From NCBI GenBank assembly GCA_963760795.1, contig CAVXEP010000020.1, forward strand, positions 161,807 to 225,806: a DNA stretch of 64,000 bases, read 5' to 3'. This DNA comes from an uncultured delta proteobacterium. GTDB lineage: Bacteria; Desulfobacterota; Binatia; UBA9968. Within the stretch, counting starts at the first letter, position 1; every line of letters starts with the position of its first letter. Under the pieces are notes generated by a model, which saw only the letters and a list, made by a program, of their open reading frames with translations, was not told the DNA's origin and searched no databases. Below, piece by piece: positions 10,291 through 20,326 of this stretch. The position numbers and the translations under genes are program-made.

Positions 10291-11289
10291 TTATTTGCGC
10301 GCCTTGTCGATGAACCCGCTCTTCTTTAGCTCGTCGAGAATACTCGGTTCCATCACTCTTAAGGATTCCACTGTCTGGCCTTTCGCTTTCGGGTTGGTTT
10401 TTGCCAACTGGGCGATCACCAGCTCGACGCCTTTGCGCTCCGGCATGCTCAAAAGTCCCTCGGCATGGGTCCCTAAAAAATAGTCGTAACCGATGCCGTA
10501 CACTTCGTCGTCGGCGCGAATGTATTTTTTTATCACCTGGATCGTCAGCGCGCGATCGCGCTTGGCGATAAACAGCGCCTCCACCAACGCCTTGACGAAG
10601 TTGGTCGCCCTTTCCTTGTTGGCTTCGAGATAACTACGTTTGATCATCAAGCAGCTTTGCGGGTAAGCCATGCCTGCTTCGGCCATGTCCAAGAGCAATG
10701 CCATTCGATGTTTCTTGATCGCCATGGTCGCGAACGGCTCGGTGAACAGCGAGGCTTCGGTGGAACCGTTGGTCAGTGCCGTAAGCCGGTTGGAACTGCT
10801 GCCGAGCTGAATCACAGTCACCTGTTTGGGGTCAACGCCGAACTTTTCCAAACTCGCCTGCACCGCGAAATCGGTGGCCGAACCGAATTGGCTGATGGAA
10901 ACCTTCTTGCCGCGCAAATCTTGCACGCTCTTGATCTCCGGCCGGCCGACTACTTTGAAAGCGAATAGGTTGAATCCGCCGGTGATCATCGCGATATCCG
11001 CGCCCTGTAAGTTGGCGGTGACCGCCAGCGCGCCGGTGGAAAAGAGAAACTGGCTGTCGTTTGACAGCAGCGTCTGCACACCCAGAGTGCCGCTATTCAT
11101 CACCAGGTATTCGACGTCCATGCCGTACCTTCTGAATAGCCCTTCCTGGTGGGCGACCCAAATGAGCGAATGAAGCGGCGTTATGCCGCCGCCGCTGACA
11201 CGGATCTTCTCGGCGCCATGCAAATTGCCGGCGGCTAATAGAATTGCCAACAGGACTATGTGACCTAGACAACCCAGTTGCCTCATCAT
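10291..11289 (-). CDS. ABC-type solute-binding protein, SsuA/NMT1-THI5-like
   Basis: GLFRRYGMDVE, DLRGKKVSISQFGS, KSGFID; start MMRQLG gives a signal peptide. Confidence 0.9.
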   Translation of the reverse strand: MMRQLGCLGHIVLLAILLAAGNLHGAEKIRVSGGGITPLHSLIWVAHQEGLFRRYGMDVEYLVMNSGTLGVQTLLSNDSQFLFSTGALAVTANLQGADIAMITGGFNLFAFKVVGRPEIKSVQDLRGKKVSISQFGSATDFAVQASLEKFGVDPKQVTVIQLGSSSNRLTALTNGSTEASLFTEPFATMAIKKHRMALLLDMAEAGMAYPQSCLMIKRSYLEANKERATNFVKALVEALFIAKRDRALTIQVIKKYIRADDEVYGIGYDYFLGTHAEGLLSMPERKGVELVIAQLAKTNPKAKGQTVESLRVMEPSILDELKKSGFIDKARK

Positions 11290-11300
11290 GCCACCTTGCC

Positions 11301-11376
11301 GAGCGAAGCGATGGCTCGTCCAGAACGATTTGAACGGCTTGAACGTTTCGAACCGTTTGAGCGGACGCGCAGCGTC
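11301..11376. repeat. Degenerate 9-nt tandem repeat (TTGAACnnn) flanked by GCGAAGC/GCGCAGC
   Basis: gaacgattt gaacggctt gaacgtttc gaaccgttt gagcgg; related to 17905-17930 and 55975-56046. Confidence 0.55.
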
Positions 11377-11816
11377 ACGACGCGACGATCTCCTCATACG
11401 TCGGCGTCGGCATGCCTTGCTTCCAACTGGCGTCGCGCAGTTCAATGCGATTGCCGCTCGGATCGAGAACGAAGAGCTGCCGGCCGGTGAAAAAACCACC
11501 GGGCCGGTAATCCACCGGCTCGTGAATTTTGATTGCCAGCCGGTGAAAAAGCTTGCAAGCCTTGTCGAACATCTGGGGGCTGACGTCGAAGGCGTGGTGC
11601 AGCCGGCCATCCTGTTCGATCGGTGCGGTTGATCGGATCGTTGCGCTGGCACAGAAGAATGTTGTGATTGCCGAGCTTGAAGCAGGACATCGGCGTGTTC
11701 GCCAGCCGGCCGACATGCTCCAGGCCAAGAATCTCGCCGTAGAACTTCTCCGCCGCCTCCAAGTCGTTCACCGGAATCGACCAGTGTACGACGGCATCGA
11801 GTTTAAGTTTGTCCAT
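11375..11816 (-). CDS. VOC (glyoxalase/bleomycin resistance/dioxygenase) family protein (apparent +1 frameshift ~11622)
   Basis: HWSIPVNDLEAAEKFYGEILGL joins HHAF..DPSGNRIEL in the other frame; AAGGAG RBS. Confidence 0.85.
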
Positions 11817-11943
11817 AGGTCAACTCCTTTCGACTCTCCATTATCCCATCCGGTCCAACCTGTCCACTGGACAGACAGAGAAACGACGATTGACTTCCGC
11901 AGATCATTCAACTTACATTTGCGACGCTCGAAGCGGAGGACAT

Positions 11944-12909
11944 ATGGCAAATAGAACCATCACCATCGGTATGCGCGACTACGATCACTGCCGCGCCCTG
12001 GCCAACGGCCGCGTCAAAGTCGAGGGCGCCGATCTCAAGTTCGTCAATATCTCGCCGCCGTCGCAAATTTTCTTACGCATGCTGCACGACGAGGAGTTCG
12101 ACGCGTCGGAAATGTCGCTGTCGAATTTCATGATCGCCATGGGCAAGGACGACCGCCGCTTCGTCGCTATTCCAATCTTTCCATCGCGGGTGTTTCGCCA
12201 TTCCTATATCTGGATCAATACCAAGGCCGGCATCGCCAAGCCGGCCGATCTCAAAGGCAAAAAGGTTGGAATCGCCGATTACTCGATGACCGCGCTCTTG
12301 TTCGTGCGCGGCCTGTTGCAACATGAATACGGCGTCATGCCCGAAGATATCCACTGGTTTCGCCGCCGTGCCGAGCATGTCGCCGTCGAGATTCCGGCAG
12401 GTATACGCATCGACAACATCGGCAAAGATCAGACCCTCGACGGCCTGCTCGAGGCCGGCGAGCTCGATGCCGTCGCCGTGACCTCGCCGCCGCGCGCGTT
12501 TCTCCAGGGTTCGCCTTTGGTTGCGCGGCTGTTTCCCGACTGCCGCGCCGTCGAAGCGGACTATTACCGGCGGACGAAGATATATCCGATCATGCACATG
12601 ACGGTGATGCGCCGGGCGATTTACGAACAAGACCCGACATTGGCAGTCCGCCTGTCGCAAGGCTTTCAAGCCGCCAAGGAGCTCGCCTTCGAGGATTATG
12701 ACGAAGGCCTGGCGTCGCTACCGTGGGTCAATTTGGATATGGAATTCGCCCACCAGGTACTCGGCGCCGATGTCGCCCCCTACGGCGTCAAGCACAACGC
12801 GGCGACATTAGAAGCGGCGACGCTCTACTCGCACGAACAGGGGCTAACCAAGCGCAAATTCGCCGTCGACGAATTGTTCGCCAAAGAAACTTTGGATCTG
12901 TTTTCCTGA
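11944..12909 (+). CDS. 4,5-dihydroxyphthalate decarboxylase-like protein (SBP fold)
   Basis: DYDH..AL..G.V, FDASEMS, PIFPSRVFRHS, IYPIMH, PYG, YSHEQGL; GGAGGA RBS; no signal peptide. Confidence 0.8.
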   Translation: MANRTITIGMRDYDHCRALANGRVKVEGADLKFVNISPPSQIFLRMLHDEEFDASEMSLSNFMIAMGKDDRRFVAIPIFPSRVFRHSYIWINTKAGIAKPADLKGKKVGIADYSMTALLFVRGLLQHEYGVMPEDIHWFRRRAEHVAVEIPAGIRIDNIGKDQTLDGLLEAGELDAVAVTSPPRAFLQGSPLVARLFPDCRAVEADYYRRTKIYPIMHMTVMRRAIYEQDPTLAVRLSQGFQAAKELAFEDYDEGLASLPWVNLDMEFAHQVLGADVAPYGVKHNAATLEAATLYSHEQGLTKRKFAVDELFAKETLDLFS

Positions 12910-12926
12910 GATGAATACCGCGCCGG

Positions 12927-13943
12927 TTATTTGATCTTCTTGCGCAGCTCCGCTAGAAAGCCGCTCGACTCCAGTTGACGAACGAAGCTTGCGTCGATGA
13001 CTTGATCGAGATCGACCTGGACAATCTTCGGGTTGATACGCGCAACGATGCGTTGAACAGCTTTGAAGGCCGCGACATTTGGCGCTAGGTCGAGGGTAGT
13101 CATCTTGCGCAACACTTTGTAAGAGCCTTCGATCACCTCGGGGCGACTCAGACGCAGATTTCGCTGCACGACTTTGGAGACGTCCGATTTATTATTGTCG
13201 TCGAGGATGTAAGCAACGGACTCGGCCAACCCTTTGATGACGCGCGAGTAAAATTCGTTGCGGCTGGCGACGGATTCTTTCAGCCCGCAAATTTCCGGCC
13301 CCTGGTAAGGAGCTGAAATATCGGCGGCGTCGATCAATGATTTGAATCCCTGCGGGTATAATGTCTCGCTCAAACCGTAGGTGATGACGCCGAAGTCGAT
13401 GTTATTGGTGATCATCGCCTGGGCCAGAGTCGCTTCGTCGCCGATGACGCGCACTTTGATGCCGTACTTATCCGGATCGACGCCGAGGTGATCCAAGATA
13501 ATCATCGTTTGCAGCCACAAACCGCCGCCGATACTTTGCACGCCGACGGTTTTGCCACGCAAGTCTTCCGCGCCCTTTAACTCTTTGCGAACCATGAGAT
13601 TGCGCGGGATCTTATTCACCGGGCCACCGATACAGGTGAGCTTGATGCCACCGGATACGGTGCTCAAAATCGTCGACTGCGCCGGCCAAACTGCTTCGAC
13701 TTCTTTCGCGACCAAAGTCGCGATGCTCAGCGCGCCATTACGCACCTGAACCATCTGCGCTTCGATACCATATTTCTTAAACATGCCGCGCTCGATGCCA
13801 ACCCACATCGACGTTGCGGTTTCATTGAATCCGCCGTAGGAAACCCGGAACCGCTCCTGTGCCTCAGCAAATGGGCTTACACCGAGCATGCAGACCATCA
13901 ACGCCAATCGGTAATACCGTCCCAGCTCATTCAGCATTCTCAT
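12927..13943 (-). CDS. ABC-type solute-binding protein, SsuA/NMT1-THI5-like
   Basis: GMFKKYGIE, DLRGKTVGVQSIGGG, LESSGF. Confidence 0.9.
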   Translation of the reverse strand: MRMLNELGRYYRLALMVCMLGVSPFAEAQERFRVSYGGFNETATSMWVGIERGMFKKYGIEAQMVQVRNGALSIATLVAKEVEAVWPAQSTILSTVSGGIKLTCIGGPVNKIPRNLMVRKELKGAEDLRGKTVGVQSIGGGLWLQTMIILDHLGVDPDKYGIKVRVIGDEATLAQAMITNNIDFGVITYGLSETLYPQGFKSLIDAADISAPYQGPEICGLKESVASRNEFYSRVIKGLAESVAYILDDNNKSDVSKVVQRNLRLSRPEVIEGSYKVLRKMTTLDLAPNVAAFKAVQRIVARINPKIVQVDLDQVIDASFVRQLESSGFLAELRKKIK

Positions 13944-14014
13944 TGAGGCTTCCCCCTGGCGAGACTAATACGCTAGTTCTATGCGGCGTCGATTTGCCTG
14001 GCTCAGCCGGTTCG

Positions 14015-14755
14015 CTAATTCGCGCTGCGCAGACTTTCCATCAGGCGTCCAAAACCCGCTCGACAGTCGTTGATCCGCAGCGCCTTGAGCGCACCCCAAA
14101 CCATCGCAGCCGGTGCGGCGACGACGGTCTTACCGGTGTCTGCTTCCAATGCCGCGATAATATCCACCGAAGGCCAGCGCGGACAGGCGATATAAATCGC
14201 GTCAGCTTCGGGATGTTGTTTGGAGAGATCGCGCGCCATCGTAAATGGCGCATCGGGCGACTGACTGGCGAAGTCGATATTTTTCGTCAAACCCAATCCT
14301 CGGGTCGCCGCCACTGTGAAGCCGCTCGCTTCGAGAAAGTTTTTGATCTCCTGATTGCGCGCGTCGATGAACGGACTGACGACAAGCACCGAGCGAGCGC
14401 CCAGCGTACGCAATCCGTCGACCACCGCGCCGTTCGCCGTGACCACCGGCAACTGAGTCTCGCGGCGTAGTAGTTCGGTCAATTCGGCGTCGCCAGCCAC
14501 GCCCTTAGACAACGCCACGGGCGCGCCGCCGCAGATAAGCACATCGACTTTTTCCGCGGCCAAGCGCTTGCCGGCATCGACCATGCGTCCGAACGCCTCA
14601 GCAGCCTGTTCCGCGCCGAGAGTTTGAATCGGCTCGCTGATCGTCAGACCTACATGCAGCACTCCCGCGGGCAACAACTTGCGCATTTCTTCGCCCGACG
14701 TGTCGAGTATCGCCGGGGCAATATGACCGATTCGTGCTCGCCAACCGTAACGCAT
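14015..14755 (-). CDS. Maleate isomerase/arylmalonate decarboxylase (Asp/Glu racemase) family protein
   Basis: YGWRARIG, SPF...N, ADAIYIAC, LEADTGKTVV, GFGRLM. Confidence 0.85.
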   Translation of the reverse strand: MRYGWRARIGHIAPAILDTSGEEMRKLLPAGVLHVGLTISEPIQTLGAEQAAEAFGRMVDAGKRLAAEKVDVLICGGAPVALSKGVAGDAELTELLRRETQLPVVTANGAVVDGLRTLGARSVLVVSPFIDARNQEIKNFLEASGFTVAATRGLGLTKNIDFASQSPDAPFTMARDLSKQHPEADAIYIACPRWPSVDIIAALEADTGKTVVAAPAAMVWGALKALRINDCRAGFGRLMESLRSAN

Positions 14756-14911
14756 GAAATTCACCTTTTTCTGGCTCGGCTGAGTTATCGCTCATGCACA
14801 AGCAGCGAAGTGCGAACCTAACAAACGCCCGCTTTCTATGTCAATCGATAGCCACGACTATGGTCGGATCCTTTGCGTCAAATCGGTCGCCGACTCGTAT
14901 TACGCCGCAGC

Positions 14912-14951
14912 AAAAAAAAAGGCCCGTGTCATCACGACACGGGCCTTTTTT
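14912..14951. terminator. Intrinsic terminator downstream of pal (bidirectional form)
   Basis: A9-GGCCCGTGTC-atcac-GACACGGGCC-T6. Confidence 0.9.
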
Positions 14952-14975
14952 CGAATTGATTATTAGGAACGGATG

Positions 14976-15540
14976 TTACTTGGCCGCACTGCTGACAAAC
15001 CGCGCGCGCCGATTTTGCACCCAGCAGGCTTCAGTCTGTTCTTTGCACATGAGGGATTTCTTCGCCGTAGCTGATCGTCGACATGCGGTTGGCGGCGACA
15101 CCCAAAGTGGCTAAGTAATCCATCGATGCTTGGGCGCGCTTTGCGCCAAGCGCCATGTTGTAATCAGCCGCGCCCCGTTCATCGCAATGGCCTTCGATCT
15201 GAATCCGCACCGTAGCATTGGCCTTGAGCCAATCAGCGTTGCTTTTCAACGTCGCCCGGGCAGCATCGGAAAGCGCAGCGCTATCGAAGTTGAAACCGAC
15301 GTCTTTCAACGGTCCACTCGTCGCCGCTTCGCCCTTTTGCAAAGCTTCTAAGCTCGTCTTTTCTTCCGCTTTCGGCGGCACAGGCGGTGGCTTGGGCGCT
15401 GCCGGTTTTGCCGCTATAGCCGGGGGATTTTCCCCCGTCCATTTCGGTGGCGGTGGATTTGCGGGATTACCGCATGAAACCAAAAAAGTAACCGCCAGTA
15501 ATTTCAATCCAATGTGCAGAATCCGCTGTTGATCCCCCAT
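14976..15540 (-). CDS. pal: Peptidoglycan-associated lipoprotein Pal (apparent +1 frameshift ~15051)
   Basis: Lipobox LVSC; IEGHCDERG, YNMALG.KRA, ISYGEE. The shifted frame continues MCKEQTEACWVQNRRARF to TAA at 14976. Confidence 0.88.
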
Positions 15541-15707
15541 CAAAACCACCTTTCCAGCCCCGGCCCTTGACTGATTTAATTGACTAATTGTGATGTATTG
15601 CAGCGAACCTGTCAACCATTTCAATACACAAAACAAAATTATATAAAATACCAAATTTAACCGTAAAGTTACCGAAAGCTCCGATTATTCAGCGTTTCAG
15701 TCGCCTA

Positions 15708-16871
15708 TTAAACAGACGGTATCAATCTTAAACCATAAAGCTTTGGCAGCGACACGATCAATCGGCGCCAATTCTGTCCCGCGTCATTGCTCGCGTAGAC
15801 CGAACCATCGGTATAGCCGACGCACAAAGTGTTGGGGTCCTGCGGATGGCTGGCAAAGCCGCAGGTCATGTGTTCCGTGCCAGCGGGCAGGCCAGTTTTG
15901 AGATAGCTCCAGGTGTTGCCCGCGTCATCGCTGCGCAAGATCTGGGTCTTGGCACCGCCGGTCTCGGCGGTCGCGTTGCGGCTAAACTTGACCGTATTGT
16001 ACGGGCCGGCGCGTACCGTCCGGTAACCGGCCCAGGTCGCGGGACCGTTTTCCGCCGCGCCAAGAAAAATCCTGTCTGGGACTGCTGGATGGTTGGTCAT
16101 GGGAATCGCGTAGGCGCGCCCCAAACCATACTCACACTTGGTCCAGTTTTTCCCGCCATCGTCGGTACGATAAGTGCCGATACCGGTGCTGGCGAATAAC
16201 GTCTCCAAGCGCGTCGGATGGCGCGTCACCCAGTGGACATCGCGATAGACACGACCCTCTTCATGTCTGCCCATCTCGTAAGGCACGATGCCTGCTGCAT
16301 CGTTGACCTTGGGAAATGCCGTCGGACTCGCCGGTCCGCTGATATCTTCCCAAGTCACGCCGCGGTCGCGGCTGCGTGCCACGCCGCCCTCTTCGATACC
16401 GACAATGATCTCGTCCGGCACTCGCCCATCGAGCGCAATCGAGCGCGCGTGGGCGACATGGGCGCCGGGAGGGAAAGTCCATTTGTTGTAGTCGGGCAAA
16501 TTGCGAAACGTCGCCAGTTCGCGAAACGACCGGCCGCCGTTGTCGCTGACATAAACCGCCGCCGGCAGCGTGCCGACGTAGATTTCATTGGGCCGCGTCG
16601 GATGCACGGCCATGGTCCAAATATCCCGGTAGTCGATACCGCCGGAGGGCAGCCACTGCCAGCTCTCACCGTTATTTTCGCTGACATGGATCTCGGTCAG
16701 CGTCGCGGCATAAAGTTTTTTCGGATTAAAGGGATCGCGCGCCACCTCGCGCACGGTCTCGCCGTCCATGGCGCTGTTGAGAATCTCAAGATTTTCGCTC
16801 CGGCCGTCCCACCGGCAACGCAGCAGTCTTTCCGCGCCCAACAAGAACAGTTGCAGGTTCGTTTCTGCCAT
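15708..16871 (-). CDS. BNR/Asp-box repeat beta-propeller protein (no signal peptide)
   Basis: Repeated SxDxGxTW boxes (SENNGESW, SRDRGVTW, TDDGGKNW, SDDAGNTW); GGAGG RBS. Confidence 0.85.
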   Translation of the reverse strand: MAETNLQLFLLGAERLLRCRWDGRSENLEILNSAMDGETVREVARDPFNPKKLYAATLTEIHVSENNGESWQWLPSGGIDYRDIWTMAVHPTRPNEIYVGTLPAAVYVSDNGGRSFRELATFRNLPDYNKWTFPPGAHVAHARSIALDGRVPDEIIVGIEEGGVARSRDRGVTWEDISGPASPTAFPKVNDAAGIVPYEMGRHEEGRVYRDVHWVTRHPTRLETLFASTGIGTYRTDDGGKNWTKCEYGLGRAYAIPMTNHPAVPDRIFLGAAENGPATWAGYRTVRAGPYNTVKFSRNATAETGGAKTQILRSDDAGNTWSYLKTGLPAGTEHMTCGFASHPQDPNTLCVGYTDGSVYASNDAGQNWRRLIVSLPKLYGLRLIPSV

Positions 16872-17015
16872 AACTTACCTCCGCCGAGTTTATGATTGGT
16901 GTGTACTGATCAGCAATACGCTAAGCAAAACCTCCCGCGCCGTCAAGCCATAATCCACCAATGGTAGAAATACGCTGGATATTCATCCCGCTTTTGCATT
17001 ACATTGGCCGTCATC

Positions 17016-17901
17016 ATGCGACCGGTAAAGCCGCCCAACCCCAATCCCCACGCGCCGCGCTATAAGTTGCCTGCCGGCGCCTGCGACTGCCATCTGCATG
17101 TTTATGGCCCCTTCGAGCGTTACCCGCTGGTCGCCGAGCGCGGCTACGATCCCGATCCACACTCGACTCTGGATGATTATTTGCAAACTCATCACGCTCT
17201 CGGCTTGGAACGCGCCGTCATCGTCACTGGCAGCGGCAATGGCACCAACAATCGCATCACCCTGGACGCGCTCAAGCGCATGAACGGCGCCTTCAAAGGT
17301 CTCGCGCTACTCGACCCGGCTATTGCCGACGCACAACTACGCGAACTGAAAGATGGCGGATTCAGCGGCTTTCGGATTAAAGCCAACGGCCGCGGCGGGC
17401 TTTCCTTCGACGACACCAAGCGGATGATCGCGCGCACTCAGGGGTTCAACTGGCACGTCGAGTTCATGTCGCAATCCCTGGCGGAGGTGATCGCCGCCGT
17501 GCCGTTTTTAGATTCCCTCAAAGTCCCATACATGTTCGACCATGTCGCCCACGCCGAGCCGCACATGACCGGCGAGAATAGTGAATTCGCCGAAATTGCT
17601 GCGAATTCTTAAAAACGAAGAGCACGCCTGGATCAATCTCTACAGCTTCTACCAGCTGTCAAAATCCGGCCCAGCCGATTACCAGGACATGGTCGGTGTC
17701 GTGCAAACGATCGTCGCCAACCGGTCCGACAACATCGTGTGGGGCAGCAATTGGCCCCATGGCGGCGTGGCTGTGCCGATGCCCGACGACGGCGACCTGC
17801 TCGATTTCCTCTTCACTGCCGTGCCCGACGAAAAAATCCGCGATGCCATTCTCGCCGCCAACCCGGCAAAGCTCTACGGTTGGGCCTGCATAGTCCCATA
17901 A
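17016..17901 (+). CDS. Amidohydrolase, 2-pyrone-4,6-dicarboxylate lactonase (LigI)-like (apparent +1 frameshift ~17595)
   Basis: GACDCHLHVYGP, GTNN, FDH, then WGSNWPH and NPAKLYG in the next frame. Confidence 0.85.
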
Positions 17902-17904
17902 ACG

Positions 17905-17982
17905 ATTGGAACAATTGGAACTGCTGGAACTGAGTATAGCAAATCCGACCGTGAACTTTTGAAACCTTGAACCTTGAACAAC
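17905..17982. repeat. Short-period tandem repeats (9-mer TGGAACnnn, then 7-mer CTTGAAC)
   Basis: ttggaacaa ttggaactg ctggaac ... tttgaaa ccttgaa ccttgaa. Confidence 0.5.
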
Positions 17983-17998
17983 TCCGCAGGAGGTAAAT

Positions 17999-18724
17999 AT
18001 GTACGGCTGGCGCGCTCGCATCGGTCACGTCGCCCCATCGCGCGGCGACACCCTGGTTTACGAATTCTACAAAATGTTTCCCGAAGGCTTCATGATGCTC
18101 AACACCACCGGCACCGTGCGCCAGTTGGTCGACAGCGACTTCGAGGCGCAACTGAGCCGCATCGAAGAAGCGACCCAGGACTTGGTCGACAACAACTGCG
18201 ATTCGATAATCTTTAGCGGCTCGCCGCTGTTCACCCGCTTGCCTTTTGGTGCCGACCGGGAGCTCGGCAAAAAACTTTCCGACAAATTCGGCGTTCCCGT
18301 GGCCGCCGGTTTGACCGCCGAAGTCGAAGCACTCAAAGCGATGAAATGCGCAAAGCTCGTCGTCGGCACACCCTACGAAGACGAGATCAATCAGCGGCTC
18401 AAGCGCCATCTCGAACAGTGCGGCTTCGAAGTCTTACAGATCGCCGGCTACGGCGTGCGCAAAAACGCCCAGCTCACCGACCTGCCGGTACACGCCTCGT
18501 ACAAGATCGCCAAGCGGCTCTATGCCAAAGCGCGCGACGCCGATGGGGTTTTCATCCCCTGCCCGCGCTGGCCGACCATTACCGACGTCCAGCTCCTCGA
18601 AGACGAAATCGGCAAGCCGGTCATCACCAGCAGCTTGGCCTGTAGCTGGTATGCCATGACATTGATCGACATTAGGGAAAAAGTGAAAGGTTTTGGCAGC
18701 TTGATGGAAAGTTTGGCACCTTAG
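17999..18724 (+). CDS. Maleate isomerase/arylmalonate decarboxylase family protein
   Basis: MYGWRARIG, TPY...N, ADGVFIPC, LEDEIGKPVITS; GGAGG RBS. Confidence 0.85.
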   Translation: MYGWRARIGHVAPSRGDTLVYEFYKMFPEGFMMLNTTGTVRQLVDSDFEAQLSRIEEATQDLVDNNCDSIIFSGSPLFTRLPFGADRELGKKLSDKFGVPVAAGLTAEVEALKAMKCAKLVVGTPYEDEINQRLKRHLEQCGFEVLQIAGYGVRKNAQLTDLPVHASYKIAKRLYAKARDADGVFIPCPRWPTITDVQLLEDEIGKPVITSSLACSWYAMTLIDIREKVKGFGSLMESLAP

Positions 18725-18810
18725 TGGTCGAGCTCAATTTTTCATCGGCTGTAGCCATTTTTCGTTTCTTACGTCTAACTGACAGACAAAACCTTGAAGG
18801 AGAAAAGCAT

Positions 18811-19287
18811 ATGTCGTGGATCAAAGCAGCATTTCTAACCGGTTTGCTTAGCAGCCTACTGATAAACGCTACGCCGCAAGCCATGGCGGCCGATGGGGAC
18901 CACCGGGGTGGCCGCGGTTGCCAGCGCGGCGATCGCATAAATATTCAGGATCTCGATATGTCGCCGGACCCGATTGTCGAAGGCCAGCGGGTTCGCGCCT
19001 GGAAGGTACGCATCAATTTCGAGCGCGGGCGCGAATGCGAAACCGATGTTGTGGTCCGCGAGGGTAACAACGTCGTCGGTCAATTCCGGAATTTCAAAAT
19101 GCGCCCTGGCGTGAATGAGCTCGAGATTCCCGCCGTTGAGGGCTTCCGCCATACCGGCCGCGAACACTGTTTCAATGTTCAGGTAGACCTCGACGGGTCG
19201 CGCCAGCAGGTCGACGCCGCGCGCCGTTTCTGCGCCCGCCAGCGTCCCATGTGGAGCATGCGCGAAGCCGGCGATCGTGGCCGCTAA
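18811..19287 (+). CDS. Hypothetical secreted protein
   Basis: AAGGAG RBS; signal peptide ending AMA; beta-rich mature part with 4 Cys. Confidence 0.7.
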   Translation: MSWIKAAFLTGLLSSLLINATPQAMAADGDHRGGRGCQRGDRINIQDLDMSPDPIVEGQRVRAWKVRINFERGRECETDVVVREGNNVVGQFRNFKMRPGVNELEIPAVEGFRHTGREHCFNVQVDLDGSRQQVDAARRFCARQRPMWSMREAGDRGR

Positions 19288-19313
19288 CCCATCGATAATG
19301 CATGCCAGGAAAT

Positions 19314-19364
19314 AAAAGACTTGCGACAGAGAACCGCGCGAGCGGTTCTCTGTCGCGGTCTTTT
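19314..19364. terminator. Bidirectional terminator hairpin between convergent genes
   Basis: 15-bp perfect stem GCGACAGAGAACCGC-gcga-GCGGTTCTCTGTCGC flanked by AAAAGAC/GTCTTTT. Confidence 0.8.
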
Positions 19365-20225
19365 CATCGTTTGCGCATTACCACCAGCGCTGTACCGGCG
19401 AGAATCAATCCACACCCCACAATCATCAAGGTTGTGACCATTTCGCCGAGAAATAGCCCCGCCCAGATCATCGTGAAGGCCGGCATCAAAAATGTGACAG
19501 TCAGAGATCTGGTCGGACCGATATCGGCGATCAAGCGGAAATACAACAAAAACGCCACGCCGCTACTCAATAATGCAAACAAGATCATATTCACTGCGAT
19601 AAAGACCGTCACTGGCCCCGGTAGCGGCGCCAACGGCGTCAATGGCAGCAACAATAGACTCGCCATCAATTGACTGCCGCAGGCGATTGCGCGTGGATTC
19701 GCCGCGGCGGCGAACTTCTTGGTATAAACGCTGACGAATCCGTAACTCATGCGCCGCTAACAGACAAGCGACCATCGCCCAAGTCGTTGAACCGCCTGCC
19801 GCGGCGGGCGCGACACCGGTGACGAGAGCGACACCGGCGATGCCGAAAACAAAGCCGACACACTTCGGCAGCGTGATCTTCTCGCCGAGCCATAGCCCTG
19901 CGAACAGCGCGCCAAAGAATGGCGAGGTCGCGTTAAGAATCGCCGAGTAGGAGGCCGGAATATGCAGCGCGGCAAAGGCGAAGAGGGCAAACGGCAGCGC
20001 GGCATTGAACGCGCCAATGACTAGATACTGCTTCCAGAACCGTCGCCAGCCGACATCGAGACCGACGGTACGGCAATAAATCGCCAGCGCGCCCCAAGCG
20101 ATCAGCACGCGCAGATCGGCAGTGACGATCGGTCCGAATACCGGCGCCACCACCCGGAGAAAGACAAACGATCCACCCCAGATCGCCGCGAGCAGCACCA
20201 GCCGAAAGATATCGCTCGCGCGCAT
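19364..20225 (-). CDS. DMT/EamA family transporter (apparent +1 frameshift ~19751)
   Basis: LAAIWGGSF, NATSPFF; the second half AFLLYFRLI..IGP, LFLGE is in ORF 19364..19750. Confidence 0.88.
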
Positions 20226-20326
20226 GAGGTTGCGAAAAAATTAGCAAGAGCGAATCGAACTGTTCAAGCCAGCGAAAACGATGCTAGCGTCTTAACCGAC
20301 GGGAATTTCGCCTTGAACGAACTTTT

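Noticed and set aside
15031-15033. TGA ending the pal ORF as a second selenocysteine codon
   Set aside because: It is out of frame after a +1 insertion; the conserved Pal C-terminus continues in another frame.
14976-15540. pal, tex and other broken genes as true pseudogenes
   Set aside because: No in-frame stops or decay apart from isolated insertions, so these are likely sequence errors.
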